This document shows positions 27,023 to 40,545 of a stretch of 64,000 nt of DNA, piece by piece (position 1 is the first letter of the stretch; every line of letters begins with the position of its first letter). The notes below the pieces were generated by a model. It had not been told where the DNA came from and made no database searches. It worked only from the letters and a program-made list of their open reading frames with translations. The translations under genes and the position numbers were made by a program. Source of the DNA: Owenia fusiformis (taxonomy: Eukaryota); assembly GCA_903813345.2 (NCBI GenBank), contig CAIIXF020000001.1, forward strand, positions 27,466,001-27,530,000, written 5' to 3'.

Positions 27023-27339
27023 CCATATTTAAATATCTATAAAAACAATTAGATGTACCTTTCATTATGATATTGATGAATTTTGAAAGAATTAGGGATA
27101 AATTAGAAACTAGATATAAATCGGAAATGTTAAGTAATTTTCTGAATTTATTGATTGTAAAAAGTAAGGTGAATTAATTCTAAAAGATTAAATCATATTG
27201 GTTTTATCTAGAGAAGTTTATGCTAAACACTTTTAATTTAACAATTTATAATTTTTATGAATATGACATTTATTTACCAAAATAATACGTGATTAATATG
27301 AGTATAGTTTTAACAGAATTAGCCTAGCCTATCTTAATA

Positions 27340-28210
27340 GGGCTATTCACGATGCTATTCATATATTTCACACCTTCAAGGTAAATTGGCTGGCTATTGG
27401 ATTAACTTTCCAAAATAAAGGAGCACGTAGGTTATCGCAATTAATTTCAAACGATTCTAACTTGAATTATGAATATTTTCTGATCATGAACATGGGTGTA
27501 TCTTTTAGATCCATTCATTATCTTCAAGAAAAGTACATATAATGATAATTTAGTTAATCAGACCTAAGTGATATTGAAGGGGCAATGGACCAATCAACAT
27601 ACTTTTTCAAAAATGTTGACCTAATTTTCACCAAAAATGCAACCTTTTATTATATTGTTGAATGCATAATTAGAATGTGCTTGGAGACATGTTCGATTTC
27701 CTAAAAGAAGAAGTTGATTGCTCCAGGGACTTTAAAGATACTGAATTTGGATGACCAAAATGAACTGAAACTAATGGATAGCATGGGATTTTTCAATGAA
27801 GAAATAACATGGGTAACACTTATCTTAAAGCAATTAAGTTTTTCTTTCAAGAACTATTTGATACATCAAAATAAAGAATAGTCATGCATTAAACATTGTA
27901 AAAAATGATTGCATTTTCGGTGAAAATTAGGTCAACATCTTTGAAAAAGTGTGTTGATGGGTTGATTGCTAGATAAATATCTCCGAGTTTGTTTGACTTT
28001 ATTATTGCTACGCATAATTTTCTTTGAAATAATGAATTTATCTAAAAGAGAAACTTGTCTTCATTGTCAGAAAATAGTCATAATCCAAGATATAACCTTC
28101 TGAAATTGTTTGCGATAACCCACCTGCTCCTTTGTTTATTAAAAATTATTTCAAATAAATGCCCAGTTGGCAAAACATTTGAGAAAAGGGATGAAATTGC
28201 GAATAGTACA
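27340..28210. mobile_element. Degenerate fold-back element nested inside the 26140-29471 element
   Basis: caacatactttttcaaaaatgttgacctaattttcacc (~27595) pairs with ggtgaaaattaggtcaacatctttgaaaaagtgtgttg (~27919); aaaggagcacgtaggttatcgcaa pairs with ttgcgataacccacctgctccttt. Confidence 0.7.
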
Positions 28211-29519
28211 TATGTAAGGTAATACGTGATTAATGTCGTTCAAGTACAAATGATTAATAAAAATGAGGTCACATATTGGTCAACGTTTTTGCCCACGTTC
28301 GTGATCATACTAGTGCGTGAGTATGAAGGCCATGTGTCAACTATACAATCGATAATATCCCCCTAGCTATTCCTCTAAATAAACGCCTATCCTCCTTGGA
28401 AAATTGTTTTCTCCCTCTTAATATAGGCCCATGGGCGTTTATTAAAAATTCTTTCAAATAAACGCCCTGTGCAAAATAAACGCCCGTAGGCTTATTCGCG
28501 AGAGAGAGTAAAGAATAACTTGTAGATTTGTGATCATAACCACTGGCGAATCCAGAAGTTAACAAGGGGGGGGGGGTGTACATTTCAAATCCAAAAACTT
28601 TGAATGCCCATTTTTGATAATTTGACCTAAAAAGGCCCACTGCAAAAAATTTTGGCACACAATTGTTTGTGGGCCCCGGTAATTTGGCTCATTAACATAA
28701 ATGTGACGACGTTTTTGCACTTTAACCAACCAGGACAGCAGAGGTTTTGATTTTCGTGGCCTCTTTGTTTAAATGTTTACGACATAAAGGTGAGAAGTTC
28801 TGCTGTATTTTATTGCAATTCTTTAAAAATCGATGGGCTGCGATTTGAGAAATTCTAATCTATTTACATAGACTATGATTTGTGTCGTTTGTATCGTTTT
28901 TGAAAGAACTCTAAAAACGACACAAATCACGTGTAAATAGTTCTCTGTGATCTGAACTTTGCCAATTTAACATTAATCTGAATAAAAGGAGAGTTCTACC
29001 TATCTGAAACCAAAATACGATTAAGGTGCGTAATCCAAAAACGAAAACGGCGGAATTTGACAGAAACTGTAAAGTCGAAACAATGCTGGTATAACAGGTA
29101 TATATTCTTATACATTTAGCCATTTAAACAGTAAAATCAATCAAATTTTACGTTGGACGAGGTGTGAAGGAACAAAAATGACCCCAAATCCAAGAAAAAC
29201 GTACTTAACTGAAATGGTGGATGTCAGGGGGTAATTTGTGTGCTGTCCTACGAGCAACCTAGACATATGTAAGTACCCTTAAAAACGTAGATGATATGAA
29301 ACACATTCCTCTAACTGAATATACTATGAAGAAAGGGCTAGGTTGACTGAATTAAAAGATAGAGCCTTTGTGTTCGTAAATTCTGTCGATTATCTACTCG
29401 AAGGAGCGGCAACCTGTACGGAAAACAGCGGTATGGACGCGAAGGTGCGATCTGATCCCTACCTGTGACAGTATGATAGTGCATATTTCTTAATCACTTG
29501 TCATATTTAATCCAAACTC

Positions 29520-31402
29520 GAAAAAGTGTTTATATACTGTATACATTAAGGTGACATTTAAGTTAATCAAAAGTACAAAAACATGGGAGCCATATTTTTT
29601 TGATAAAGTCAGAAGATTTTGTATTCTGTTTTCCTTGTATGTGAATGCATTTCCTGACTTAAGAGACACATAAAAGAAAACCTCACATTTAAACGCATTT
29701 TTCCAAACTATGAATTGGAGGTGCATGGCTCCCCAAAGCTAGCATGAAGAGTGTGAAGTGGGGCTATTTTTTGAAAGTTTCAAGGAGTAGCCTTGCAACA
29801 GTCACACATTTGCAAGAATTCAAAATTTCCAGATATAATCTTACCTTACCAAGGAACAACGAAGGAGCATGAAAATGTGTACTGCTTGCATTGTTAGAGT
29901 ATAATAAAGCTCAAACCATTGTGAATTCTAAATATTTCATGTCCACCATTTTATTTCCTGGAACTATTTTTTAGTCCAGAGTTATCCTCATTCATGTATC
30001 CATTGTTTATCATTCATAAAGCCTCTATCATGTATCTATCATGATAATAATACTGTAATAGATAAAATATACAAGTGATAATCCATGCCACTTGGTGTAG
30101 TCACAAAACTTGTATGAGGATTAATCAGGAAGTCTAGAAGTAGTTCCGGCAAACAAAATGGTGAACATGAAATATTTAGAATTTACAATGGTTTGAGCTT
30201 TATTATACTCTAACAATGCAAGAAGTGCACATTTTCATGCTCCTTCGTTGTTCCTGGGAAAGGTAAGATGATTTGTGGAAATTTTGAATTCTTGCAAATG
30301 TGTGACTGTTGCAAGGCTACTCCTTGAAACTTTCAAAAATTAGCCTCACTTCGCACTCTTCATGCTAGCTTTGGGGATCCATGCACCTCCAATTCATAGT
30401 TTGGAAAAATGCGTTTATGTGTGATGTTAACTTTGACATGTTTCACTAGTCAAGATATACAATTCATATACAAGGTAAACAGATTTTAAAAACATGTGTC
30501 TTTATCAAAAAAATATGGCAGTCATTTTTTGTACTTTTTATTTAATTTAGCTTCGCCTTAGGTTATTCTTTCCAAACAACATTTTTGAAAAAATCCCTAT
30601 ACCTGCGCATGTTATTTTCTGGTACAAAGTATGAAGGCATGTGTGTATTTCCTTGCTTTTTTCAGGAAAGTATCCTTGCAATGTCTTCTTTTAGTAAACC
30701 TGGTAACAGGTCAATGGCAACTCCAGGAAATGCTGATATTTCAAGAAAAATCATTCAAAATGGCCGCCTTTTCAATTTTCCAAATTTCTTCTCCAAGTTT
30801 CTGGATTTCCATTGACCACTTAATAGGTTTACTTAGAGAAGACAATGTAATGATACTTTCCTGGAAAAATCAAGGAAATTCACACATGCCTTTATTTATT
30901 TTGTTCCAGAAAATAACATGTGCAGGTATAGCAAATATTCCAAAATGTTGTTTGGAATTAGTGTATACGTTTGGTATTTTAATGCAATCCTCAATGGAGT
31001 CGCATGTTAATTTCAAATGTGAACCACCCTTCCCTACATCTTTAAATTGTTCACAGAGTGCACCAATGTACCTAGAAAAGAGTCTAGGGATGCTTTTTTA
31101 TGAAACATATATGAAAAATGAGAAAATTCAGTGGCCCACTTTTTGTACTTTTGTGCTTTTTAAGTAGGTCACTAAATTTTCTCTTTTTTATACATTTCAT
31201 AAAAACATTCTCTAGGTGCCATGCATAGTGCACTCTGTGCAAAACTGAAAGATGTATATGTGGGGAAGGAGGAGTTCACATTTGAAAATAACATGTGACT
31301 CTATGAGGATTGCAATCAAAATGGCCTAAAGTACACAATGACGTTAAGTAACCTGCAGTTTTTAGAGCAAACTCGGGATCGACGTTTTGGGTCACCGTGT
31401 AT
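29520..31402. mobile_element. Chain of three consecutive fold-back palindromes (~29520-30590, ~30595-30950, ~30995-31305) ending in a Tc1-like terminus (gggtcaccgtg-TA)
   Basis: Arms 29690-29970 and 30135-30420 are near-perfect reverse complements. Second centre near 30760, third near 31150. ORFs 30585-31167 are by-products. Confidence 0.75.
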
Positions 31403-31449
31403 GTTTCTAGTATATTGCACAATATTTAAAAAATAATTCATCATTTCAG

Positions 31450-33136
31450 AAAAGGCTTAAGCGATGTTTGGTCCTCGCAGGGTTCCTGCTGGGCATTTAC
31501 ATCCTGCAGACAGTATTTGTACTAACAGTTACCAATGATGAACAACCAAATATCGCCAGCAATGATTCTATTATCCTACCTCGAGAACTAAACCCATCAA
31601 CTGCAAACATTCGTATGGCGATTCACAAATACAACGATACAAATAGCATTGAGCCATTGAGTATTGTCACTCCAAGTAGACATGTTAAAGTACGTTATAA
31701 TTTCAACAAGGGTTGGCAAATCCAAACCGATTATTTTGAGATTTACCTGTACAGGGCATACTACGATAATCGTGAAACATTAGACACTAACCCAGCTGTG
31801 AGGGTGATAGGCGTTTCAGAATTCATGGAAAATAGAACGCTGCATTGTTTATTATGGTTCAAGGGACAAAGACGCCCTACAAGAACCAATGTAATATTAG
31901 GGCATATAGGAGAAGGAGTCCCGAGACATGGAAAAATGTTTAGAGAATACATATACTCATGTATCTTACCAACAACTATTGATAATACCTATATATCCCC
32001 AGAATATGTCTCCATTATAACATCAGAGTTTAGCACGCCAACCAATCTGTTGGAAGTCAAAATACCAGAGATTCCGAAAAAGAAAATAGACTTCGGTATG
32101 TGTGTATCAATAACATATTGGAACCAAGACCCTTATAAACTTATAGAATGGCTGGAACTTTTAAAATTGTGGGGCGTTGGTGAAGTTAGCGTTTACAATA
32201 ACAGCCTTGTTGCAGCGAGTGATGCCGTCTTCCGCTATTACAGTGAGAATGGGTTCGTTGACTACAGAAGTGGAGAATTACTAATGGAAGATCAGGGTAA
32301 TTCAACATTTTCCTCTACTCTGACCTTGAAAAATTAATTATTTTTTACAGATAAAATCATAACATTTTTCACTAAATTCATTGTTTCTATCATTGACTTT
32401 ACTTTTGTTATTGGACTCACAATTACATCGTGCATTGACTAATTTAACCCAGATTTTATAGTTGATTGTACATGTTTATCTGTTGATGTGGTTACGCTAT
32501 GTTATTTAAATATATTAATGAACCAAACTATTTTCAGGTGAATATACTCTCTTACTGATGATGACACCTGTCCTCAATGACTGTATGTACAGGAACATGT
32601 TCCGTTATCGCAAACTTGTTATCACCGACTTCGATGAACTTATCGTACCACGTCTTCCATCTATGAACAACTACCACGATCTTTTACGTGAAATAGACCG
32701 CGAACAACCAAGAGACTTTGATTACAAGATGTATTGGTTTAGAAACGTATACTTCTTTCTTGATCTTCATCCTAATGTTAATAGACCAAAATACCTCATT
32801 ACTCCCCGGTATCTTACCAGAATTACCAATAGTGAGTATGGATATTCTATCAAATCTATCAATGATCCGATGATTTGCATCCGTGTCCATAACCACTACT
32901 GTTGGGAGGTTATATCAAAGTATGACAATGGACCATGGACAGTGGACGTTGATACGACACTAGGTATGAATCAGCATTACAAACGTTGTCATTTTGATGA
33001 TTATCTTCAAGAACCAGGCTCGTGCAAGAAAATGATGCAGGTTACATATTTTGATGATACCATGCTGAGATTTAGGGACCCCATTGATTCAATTGTGAGA
33101 CAGACGATTGCAAAACTGAATATGACACTGATGTAA
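31450..33136 (+). CDS. Glycosyltransferase family 92 (DUF23) type II membrane protein, beta-1,4-galactosyltransferase GALT-1-like family; 5' start exon not located
   Basis: Exons 31450-32296 and 32538-33136 (phase-1 GT-AG intron; 1446 nt). Basic KRLKR followed by a TM segment, then LYRAYYDNR, CVS...LIEWLELLKLWGV..VSVYN, LNDCMYRN...ITDFDELIVP (DxD) and C.RVHNHYC, all typical of GT92. No in-frame Met before the TM, so an upstream exon is required. Confidence 0.85.
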
Positions 33137-33887
33137 CAAATTAAGAATCTCTGGTATTAAGCGCACACGACCCAAGGAAAATTGATGGCAAAAAGTAATC
33201 GAATCCTCATTATATGCTCAGAAAATGGTAACTTAGTTTAATACCTGCAAACTTAATCTATCAAGATAAGAACCATCATTTTCAATTACCAATTATGAAA
33301 CCTGGCGCAAGATCCAAACAATCCCATTCCCAAGTACTTAAACAATATAGAAAATTGTAAGTTTAGTTCATATAGTTTATTTAAGTGTCACATGTTCATA
33401 CATACAATAAAATACAATACTAAAATACATTAATAAAAACCTCTGGCCGATGCCGGCTTATGAGACACTTACATATGAATAAATAAATAGCATCAATATT
33501 ATTACAATGTTATTACAAACGTTCCCGATTAAATGCCCTCTTTTGAAATATTTTTTATAAAGAAGAAGCAATTTATTATAGAGTGGAGTGTAATATTATT
33601 TCTCTTAAATATGGAAATAGGTCATTTCTGGCTCTGTCTCTGAGTGTAAAACACATAAGATACGGAAATGTATCAGTGAGGCATTGCTCGCTAAAATATA
33701 ACGGTAACCCAAAATATTTACATCATTATAAACAATTCTGTAACAATTAAGAATTGATTTGTAACATACATCATTATATACAATAAAATGATTTATATAT
33801 TTTAATTATTCGCAAGTCGGTTTCACAGTCGTTTATCGATGGGCTTCCCCATTTCTTTAATATTAGTCTCCAATGTGACATTGAATC

Positions 33888-36800
33888 CTATTGAAGATGT
33901 TCACCTAGTGATTTCATAGGCCTTGCAAGTGGAATTATCAAGAGCAGAACTACAGATAATGTAACGACAACCGTAGTAGAAATTACAAAACAGAATCGGT
34001 CAACAACTCTGGCAACCTCGATCCATTCTTTCTGGTAACTAGACTCGGCTTCATCTTCTTGTTGTTTCTTGAGAATTTCTTCCAAGAGAGTGACAATCTT
34101 TTGAATTTCTCCGCCGTTGTTCTCATCCTCTTTGCGCTGGGATTCACGTTTTTCAACCACAATAGACTCAATAGTGGCTACGCTATCTTTCTTCTGCAGA
34201 AAATTGTTGCGCGGATGTACTTTCGCAAGGTCAGAGTGTCGATTCGCAAGAGAATGAGCATGTTTCAAATTAACCATTTTCGCCATAATGCCAAACACAA
34301 TCTTGCGCACCCATTGTGGTACTGGCTTGGCTGCATGATGATGCATTGCAAGAACCCAAATAGTGAGAAACACAGATGCAGCCGTCATCGCCATTATGCT
34401 TGTCAAGTAGATACCTGGAGTGAGAATCACAACAACGGCAGGATAAGCAACAAGAACGCACAAGAAGCAACATTTGAACCACAAAATATCATTAATTTGG
34501 ACAGTCGTGTCTTTAAATCTGGCTATTTTCTAACCATTCATTTCAAAATGTTACATGTATATCAGGTCAATACATCTCCAATGATATTGCATTGAATGGA
34601 AATATCAACCTATATACAGTGATATGTATTGGATTAGGTAGAAACTCATCTTATATACATTGACCATTATGTTGACCAATTAATTTCCATAAAGTGATTC
34701 ATCTTTAATGACACTACTAATGCAAAGATATGTAAAAAATACCTTCCGTTATCTCAAAGTTAGAATTGTCGATAATGTGCTTTAAAATCTCTTTGACATA
34801 AATAATGCAAACTGTACTATGTTGAACATATTTACTTGCATGGGTTTTAAAGATGGCGTGAGAAACTCATCATGATAAACCATGACATCTCATTTCTTCC
34901 CAGCCCTGATGCTCAAGTGAAACAGAAAGATGCCATGTATTTCAGAATGTGAGCAACTGAATTTGATAGAAACGAGTGGAATCTATATTGTATGACTTTT
35001 GTACACCCCTACTGATTTATCAATCGGGAATCCAACGTACTTTGGATCACTTATTAAAGCTTGTTTACATTTAGCGATTTAAAACTCATTCGGTTTGATT
35101 ACATTTCCCAACCATTGTAATATTGGAAAATAAAATTGAAATTCAGACATAGACAGTTTTTGATATTGATAACAATATGCTATCGAATGATAATGTCTCG
35201 GTTGCCAAACACAAAATGGAGTGATATTCAGTAAACAATCATAGGGGAAGTATAAAAAGAAGTATAAAGGGGTTGAAAACAATGAAGTGGCTGAAAAGTC
35301 CAATAATGAGGTCAAACAGTTCATCAAATAATATATGGCTACATCTAGTCGGTATGAATGTCTGTCAAACAAAACATTTATACACCCTAATCAATAATTA
35401 ATTACAAACAAATATACTAGAACAATCCGATTTCGTTAATAATGATACATTTATAATTGATACACCTTATTATTTTCAATTGTTAAGGTGTCAAATCTAA
35501 ACTGTACCACCAAAGTGCTATGTAATCGAGCAGCGTGTTTGACACACATGTTTCTTGATACAATAACATCCCACTGATTATGTCTTATCGGGTCCCGATT
35601 CTCCACAAGGAAATCTTTGTGAAAGAGAGGAGTGTGTTTTAGAGTAAACTCTGATGTACACTGAAATTTGTTGAGATTTTGGAAATCTTTGTGAAAGAGA
35701 GTAGTGTGTTTTAGAGTAAACTCTGATGTACACTGGAATTTGTTGAGATTTTGGAAATCTTTGCGAAAGAGAGGAGTGTGTTTTAGAGTAAACTCTGATG
35801 TACACTGGAATTTGTTGAGATTTTGGAAATCTTTGCGAAAGAGTGGAGTGTGGTTTAGAGTAAACTCTGATGTACACTTGAATTTGTTGAGATTTTGGAA
35901 ATCTTTGTGAAAGAAAGGAGTGTGTTTTAGAGTAAACTCTGATGTACACTGGTATTTTTCATTCTATACTTCTCAAATGAAAACTGATTTTCAAAAATCC
36001 ACTGAAACAAGATACTAAATAATTACCTAAACAATAGATTATAATATTTGCGTTTTTGCTAGTGCTACCCTATAGATTAGGGTACATACAAAGCTCTTAA
36101 ATCCGCAAGGTGATTTAATAAAGAGATATGAACGTTAATCTGTATCAAAGGAAAGTGGGAAAAATAAAACGAATATAAAGAATAAAAAGTGTATTCTTTC
36201 ACTTACTAATGAGAGGTACAACTTCTGATGTCCTCGGCATGGAGTCATCTACGATCAACAGAAACACGCTAAATGACAACAGGACAGTAAGGCCTAGTCC
36301 CACCTTCTCCCCAGCCTCAGGGGGCAAACAGAACACGCCCACAGTCAAAAGACTAAGTAGTATGCACGGTAAAATCACGTTCAATCCAAAGTAAAGAGGT
36401 TTCCTGATCATGTGTACTTTGAAACGCATGATACTGTACATGTTGGTCTCGTCTTGTACCAGCGAATGTTCAACTTTAGATTCAGCGAATGTGTCGTCAA
36501 TGTGCCACTCGCCATGTTCCCTGTATTTTCTCATCAGGATCGTCTCTTGGATTGGGGTTATGATTATGTTGTGAGTGCTGGACGACCAAGCCATGATTAT
36601 AATCTCACAAAGTTGTTCATCAAAGGGGAAGTATGCTATATCGATATCGCATTGTATCGCGAATTCACCGCCAGGTTGCCATATGAGTTTCCCATCATTC
36701 CTGACACGGATGTAGAAGTTACTTAACCAGTCAGACAGCTTGCTATCATGTGCCCTAGAATTATACAGAGAGTATAGTACAGATTCTAGTAAAAAAGAAT

Positions 36801-38130
36801 TTTTATTTTATGCAAATTTACCTATCCAATAAAGAACAAGTATGTATTAAGTCTTGATTTTATCACTACTTTTATCATTTTGTTTAATGTAGGAAAACGT
36901 ATATGGTCTATTACATTGTTCATACGATTAGCCTTCACACAGTCGCACAGTGTACCTCACTTTAAATGTTCAAGTTATAGTCCCTACTTCATTATTCAAC
37001 TTTGTTGCTGCAAGAAGTTTCTACATCTTGTTGATAATTATGACTTTGCTTCTCTATATTATATTTTGACTTACGAGTTTTCTAATGTTAGATCAGGCGT
37101 CCATACATTCGATGCTGGAACGATGATTTGGTCCACATTCTCATAATCAACGGGGTTCCAAGTCAATCGAGGATCTCTCCAAATCTGAGATAAATATTAA
37201 TAATATTTGATTGATATAATTTGTTAAATAAGTGTATTTGTACATCTACAATAGAATTTTTTATTTAAAGACTCAAGTTAAATCGTTTAATAATGCGGTA
37301 ATTTTTCTTTGTTCGTGCCGATTGTTGATTGCAATTATGAATTGTTAAATGAGTCATATGATGTAAATTTTAGGGATTTGGCTCATATTGTAGTCTAATC
37401 TTTTTTGTGTTAAAAAATAAATAAAAAAGGAATTAATTCTTTCAAAAGTCGTATTTTTCGAAACAATGCATCAAACTGAGTGATTAAAAATAATGTATTG
37501 ACGAAAATATGTGATGCGTCTTTATAACTTACCACGTCTAGCCAGCCATGGAAAGACATTTCTTGTTGATGCTCATCCTAAAAATTAGTATGGTATAATG
37601 AAATGATATTCATAATGTGAATCAGCCATAACCCTCACTAGATGAAAAATATTAGAAAAATAACCTGTATAACCTGTAGTTTTTTAATATGTTAAATAAA
37701 CTAAAATGATAATAATATTCTGACCACATACCATAGATTTTATTTGTAGAATAGTGAAACTCATATCTATGGTAACGGGTTGTGACGCATCATATCTTGG
37801 TATCACTACTTTCTTGTATGGGCGTTTATCTAGGAGATCGGCATATAGTCGCTCCTCTGGAGTTGACGTGTCTAAAATAGCAAAAAGTATAGTAATTATC
37901 CAATAATGAAAATTAACTTTAAAAAATGTTTTTTCTTATTTCTTAAATTCTTTCTCTCACTATTTCCTACTTCAAAATGCTTTTGTAGCAAAGTTCTCAA
38001 CAAACACGTTTTTACACTTACAATTATTTCCGATGTCGATTCCCTTGCCATCACAGATTCTTGAGAACATTGACAAGAAAAATATACAATTGAAACTAAG
38101 GAATAAGCAAGCGCCATATCTTTCTTCCAT
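33888..38130 (-). CDS. Cys-loop ligand-gated cation channel, nicotinic acetylcholine receptor-like non-alpha subunit (~492 aa)
   Basis: Exons (-): 38130-38022, 37871-37732, 37577-37533, 37184-37075, 36754-36207, 34414-33888. GT-AG, phases consistent, 1479 nt. The true start is MEERYGACLFLSFNC (the ORF-track frame MALAYS is out of phase). Motifs: WRDPRLTWNP, VWTPDL, Cys-loop CDIDIAYFPFDEQLC, RKPLYF-M1, PPEAGEKVGLGLTVLLS (M2), WIEVARVVDRF (M4). Confidence 0.93.
35609..35952. repeat. 72-bp minisatellite, ~4.8 units, in the last intron of the nAChR-like gene
   Basis: Unit ggaaatctttgtgaaagagaggagtgtgttttagagtaaactctgatgtacactggaatttgttgagatttt starts at 35609, 35681, 35753, 35825 and 35897. Confidence 0.95.
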
Positions 38131-38929
38131 CTTGTAGTTATGTGTCAGCCTGTGTAACTATAGTTGATGAACAATAGATGAAAATATGATTCGATTACAA
38201 ACTGCTGATCAAGATGCTTAATAATTTATAAGGCTACCATTGTTGAACGATGAAAGCTAAAAGTACAGAGGGAAGGCGTCGTGTCGTTTAGTCACTTCAC
38301 TATACGAAAATATAGTGACAAGATATTCTCACGATATGCATGTCAATAAAATCCCGAACTGTTGTGGAAACACACGAAACAAAGTGTGGGGCTCTGAGTA
38401 CAAACCACTCCTTTGTTGGTCATGTTATCAAATTTTTCTCTATACGAAGTAACTGGAACTCTCACTTTTGAATGTTTTGCTTGCGCCCTTATAATGATGG
38501 AATTATATATCCAAACATTTTTTGAAATTTACTGACTAAAAAAACATTTGAATGATACATAACATTAAACATTATTTCTTGTAATATTTATAATTGGAAG
38601 CCAGACTCATATCAAGTAAATGTTACTTGGGAAGTATTTGAAGTAATTCAACACTACAGCATTTCATAAGTAATTTCATGTAATTTAAAACCTGAAGTAG
38701 TATTGCTTTTTTGTGCGAGGGATGTTTTCTTTTGTTTTAAAAAATAATTCCCAGTCCCAAATGATCTCAAAAATTAAATGCACGACAGTTCAGTCAATAT
38801 TTATGACTCCAGGCCCATAGCACATTTCATATAGGGATAAATGTTTCTTGAATGAACAGTTAATAGTATATCTTCCGGTTTTACTGAATTGGGCATTTGA
38901 ATATATCTTTACGTTTTTCAATGGTTTTT

Positions 38930-39543
38930 GCTTACACAGGTTGTTATAATTAAACCTCAATTGGTACAGTAGTAACTATTATATTTCAAATGGTTAGATT
39001 ACACAGGTTACTATTAAACCTCAATTGATGCAGTAGTACCTTTGGATTTCAAAAGGTTTACACAAGTTGCTATTAAACCTCAATTGGTACACTGGTATCT
39101 ATTAAATTTCAACTGGTTTACACAGGTTAGTATTAGACCTCAACTGGTACAGTAGTAACTATTAGATTTCACATAGTATACAAAGGTTACTATTAAATCT
39201 CAATTGGTACGGTAGTAACTATTAGATTTCAACGGGTTTACATAGGTTACTGTTAAATATCATCGGTACAGTAGTATTAGATTTTAAATGATTTACGCAA
39301 GTTACTATTAAACCTCAATAGGTACACTGGTATCTATAAAATTTCAACTGGTTTACACGGGTTACTATTAAACCTAGGCCTTAATTGGCACAGTAGTAAC
39401 TATCAGATTTCAAATGGTTTACACAGTTTACTTTTGGACCTCAATTGGTACGGTAGTAACTATTAGATTTCAAATGGTTTACAAGATTACTATTAAACAT
39501 CAATTGATACACTGGTAACAATAGATTTCAACTGGTTTACACA
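38930..39543. repeat. ~60-bp degenerate minisatellite (~10 units; ggtttacacaggttactattaaacctcaattggtacagtagtaactattagatttcaaat), copy 1
   Basis: Read directly. Confidence 0.9.
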
Positions 39544-40545
39544 AAGGGGCGATCAATAAATTGCAAGTGACCCACTATTTCTGACAATATTTGAAGTCAC
39601 GTGATCAAACATACACATAAGTATAGTAGATCGATAGACCAGTAACAAATAATTGACTGAGTCAAATGTTATGAACAGCAGAAAAAGATACAATTGAAAC
39701 TAAGGAATAAGCAAGCGCCATATCTTTCTTCCATCTTGTAGTTATGTGTCAGCCTGTGTAACTATAGTTGATGAACAATAGATGAAAATATGATTCGATT
39801 ACAAACTGCTGATCAAGATGCTTAATAATTTATAAGGCTACCATTGTTGAACGATGAAAGCTAAAAGTACAGAGGGAAGGCGTCGTGTCGTTTAGTCACT
39901 TCACTATACGAAAATATAGTGACAAGATATTCTCACGATATGCATGTCAATAAAATCCCGAACTGTTGTGGAAACACACGAAGCAAATGTGGGGCACTGA
40001 GTACAAATCATCCCTTTGGGACCAGATTTGTTGGTCATGTTATCAAACTTTTCTCTATACGAAGTAACTGGAACTCTCACTTTTGAATGTTTTGCTTGCG
40101 CCCTTATAATGATGGAATTATATATCCAAACATTTTTTGAAATTTACTGACAAAAAAAACATTTGAATGATACATAACATTAAACATTATTTCTTGTAAT
40201 ATTTATAATTGGAAGCCAGACTCATATCAAGTAAATGTTACTTGGGAAATATTTGAAGTAATTCAACACTACAGCATTTCATAAGTAATTTCATGTAATT
40301 TAAAACCTGAAGTAGTATTGCTTTTTTGTGTGAGGGGATGTTTTCTTTTGTTTTAAAAAATAATTCCCAGTCTCCAATGATCTCAAAAATTAAATGCACG
40401 ACAGTTCAGTCAACATTTATGACTCCAGGCCCATAGTACATTTCATTTAGGGATAAATGTTTCTTGAATGAACAGTTAATAGTATATCTTCCGGTTTTAC
40501 TGAATTGGGCATTTGAATATATCTTTACGTTTTTCAATGGTTTTT

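Larger units (their letters stand above)
26140..29471. mobile_element. 3.3-kb TIR-bounded non-autonomous DNA transposon carrying nested repeats
   Basis: ~80-bp imperfect TIRs: cagtcacaggtagggatcaaattcgcc...ccttcgagtaga (26140-26219) versus tctactcgaagg...gatctgatccctacctgtgacag (29393-29471). No transposase ORF inside. Confidence 0.75.

Noticed and set aside
30585-31167. 178-aa and 76-aa ORFs as the GT92 5' exon or a transposase
   Set aside because: They lie in palindromic repeat DNA and show no recognisable motifs.
34059-34595. 178-aa + strand ORF
   Set aside because: Antisense shadow of the last receptor exon.
35578-35949. ORF encoding a 24-aa repeat protein
   Set aside because: It is simply the translation of the intronic 72-bp minisatellite; the receptor exons splice in frame without it.
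37896-38117. ORF MALAYSLVS... as the receptor signal peptide
   Set aside because: It is out of phase with exon 2; the ATG at 38130 (MEERYG...) gives the correct phase-1 junction.
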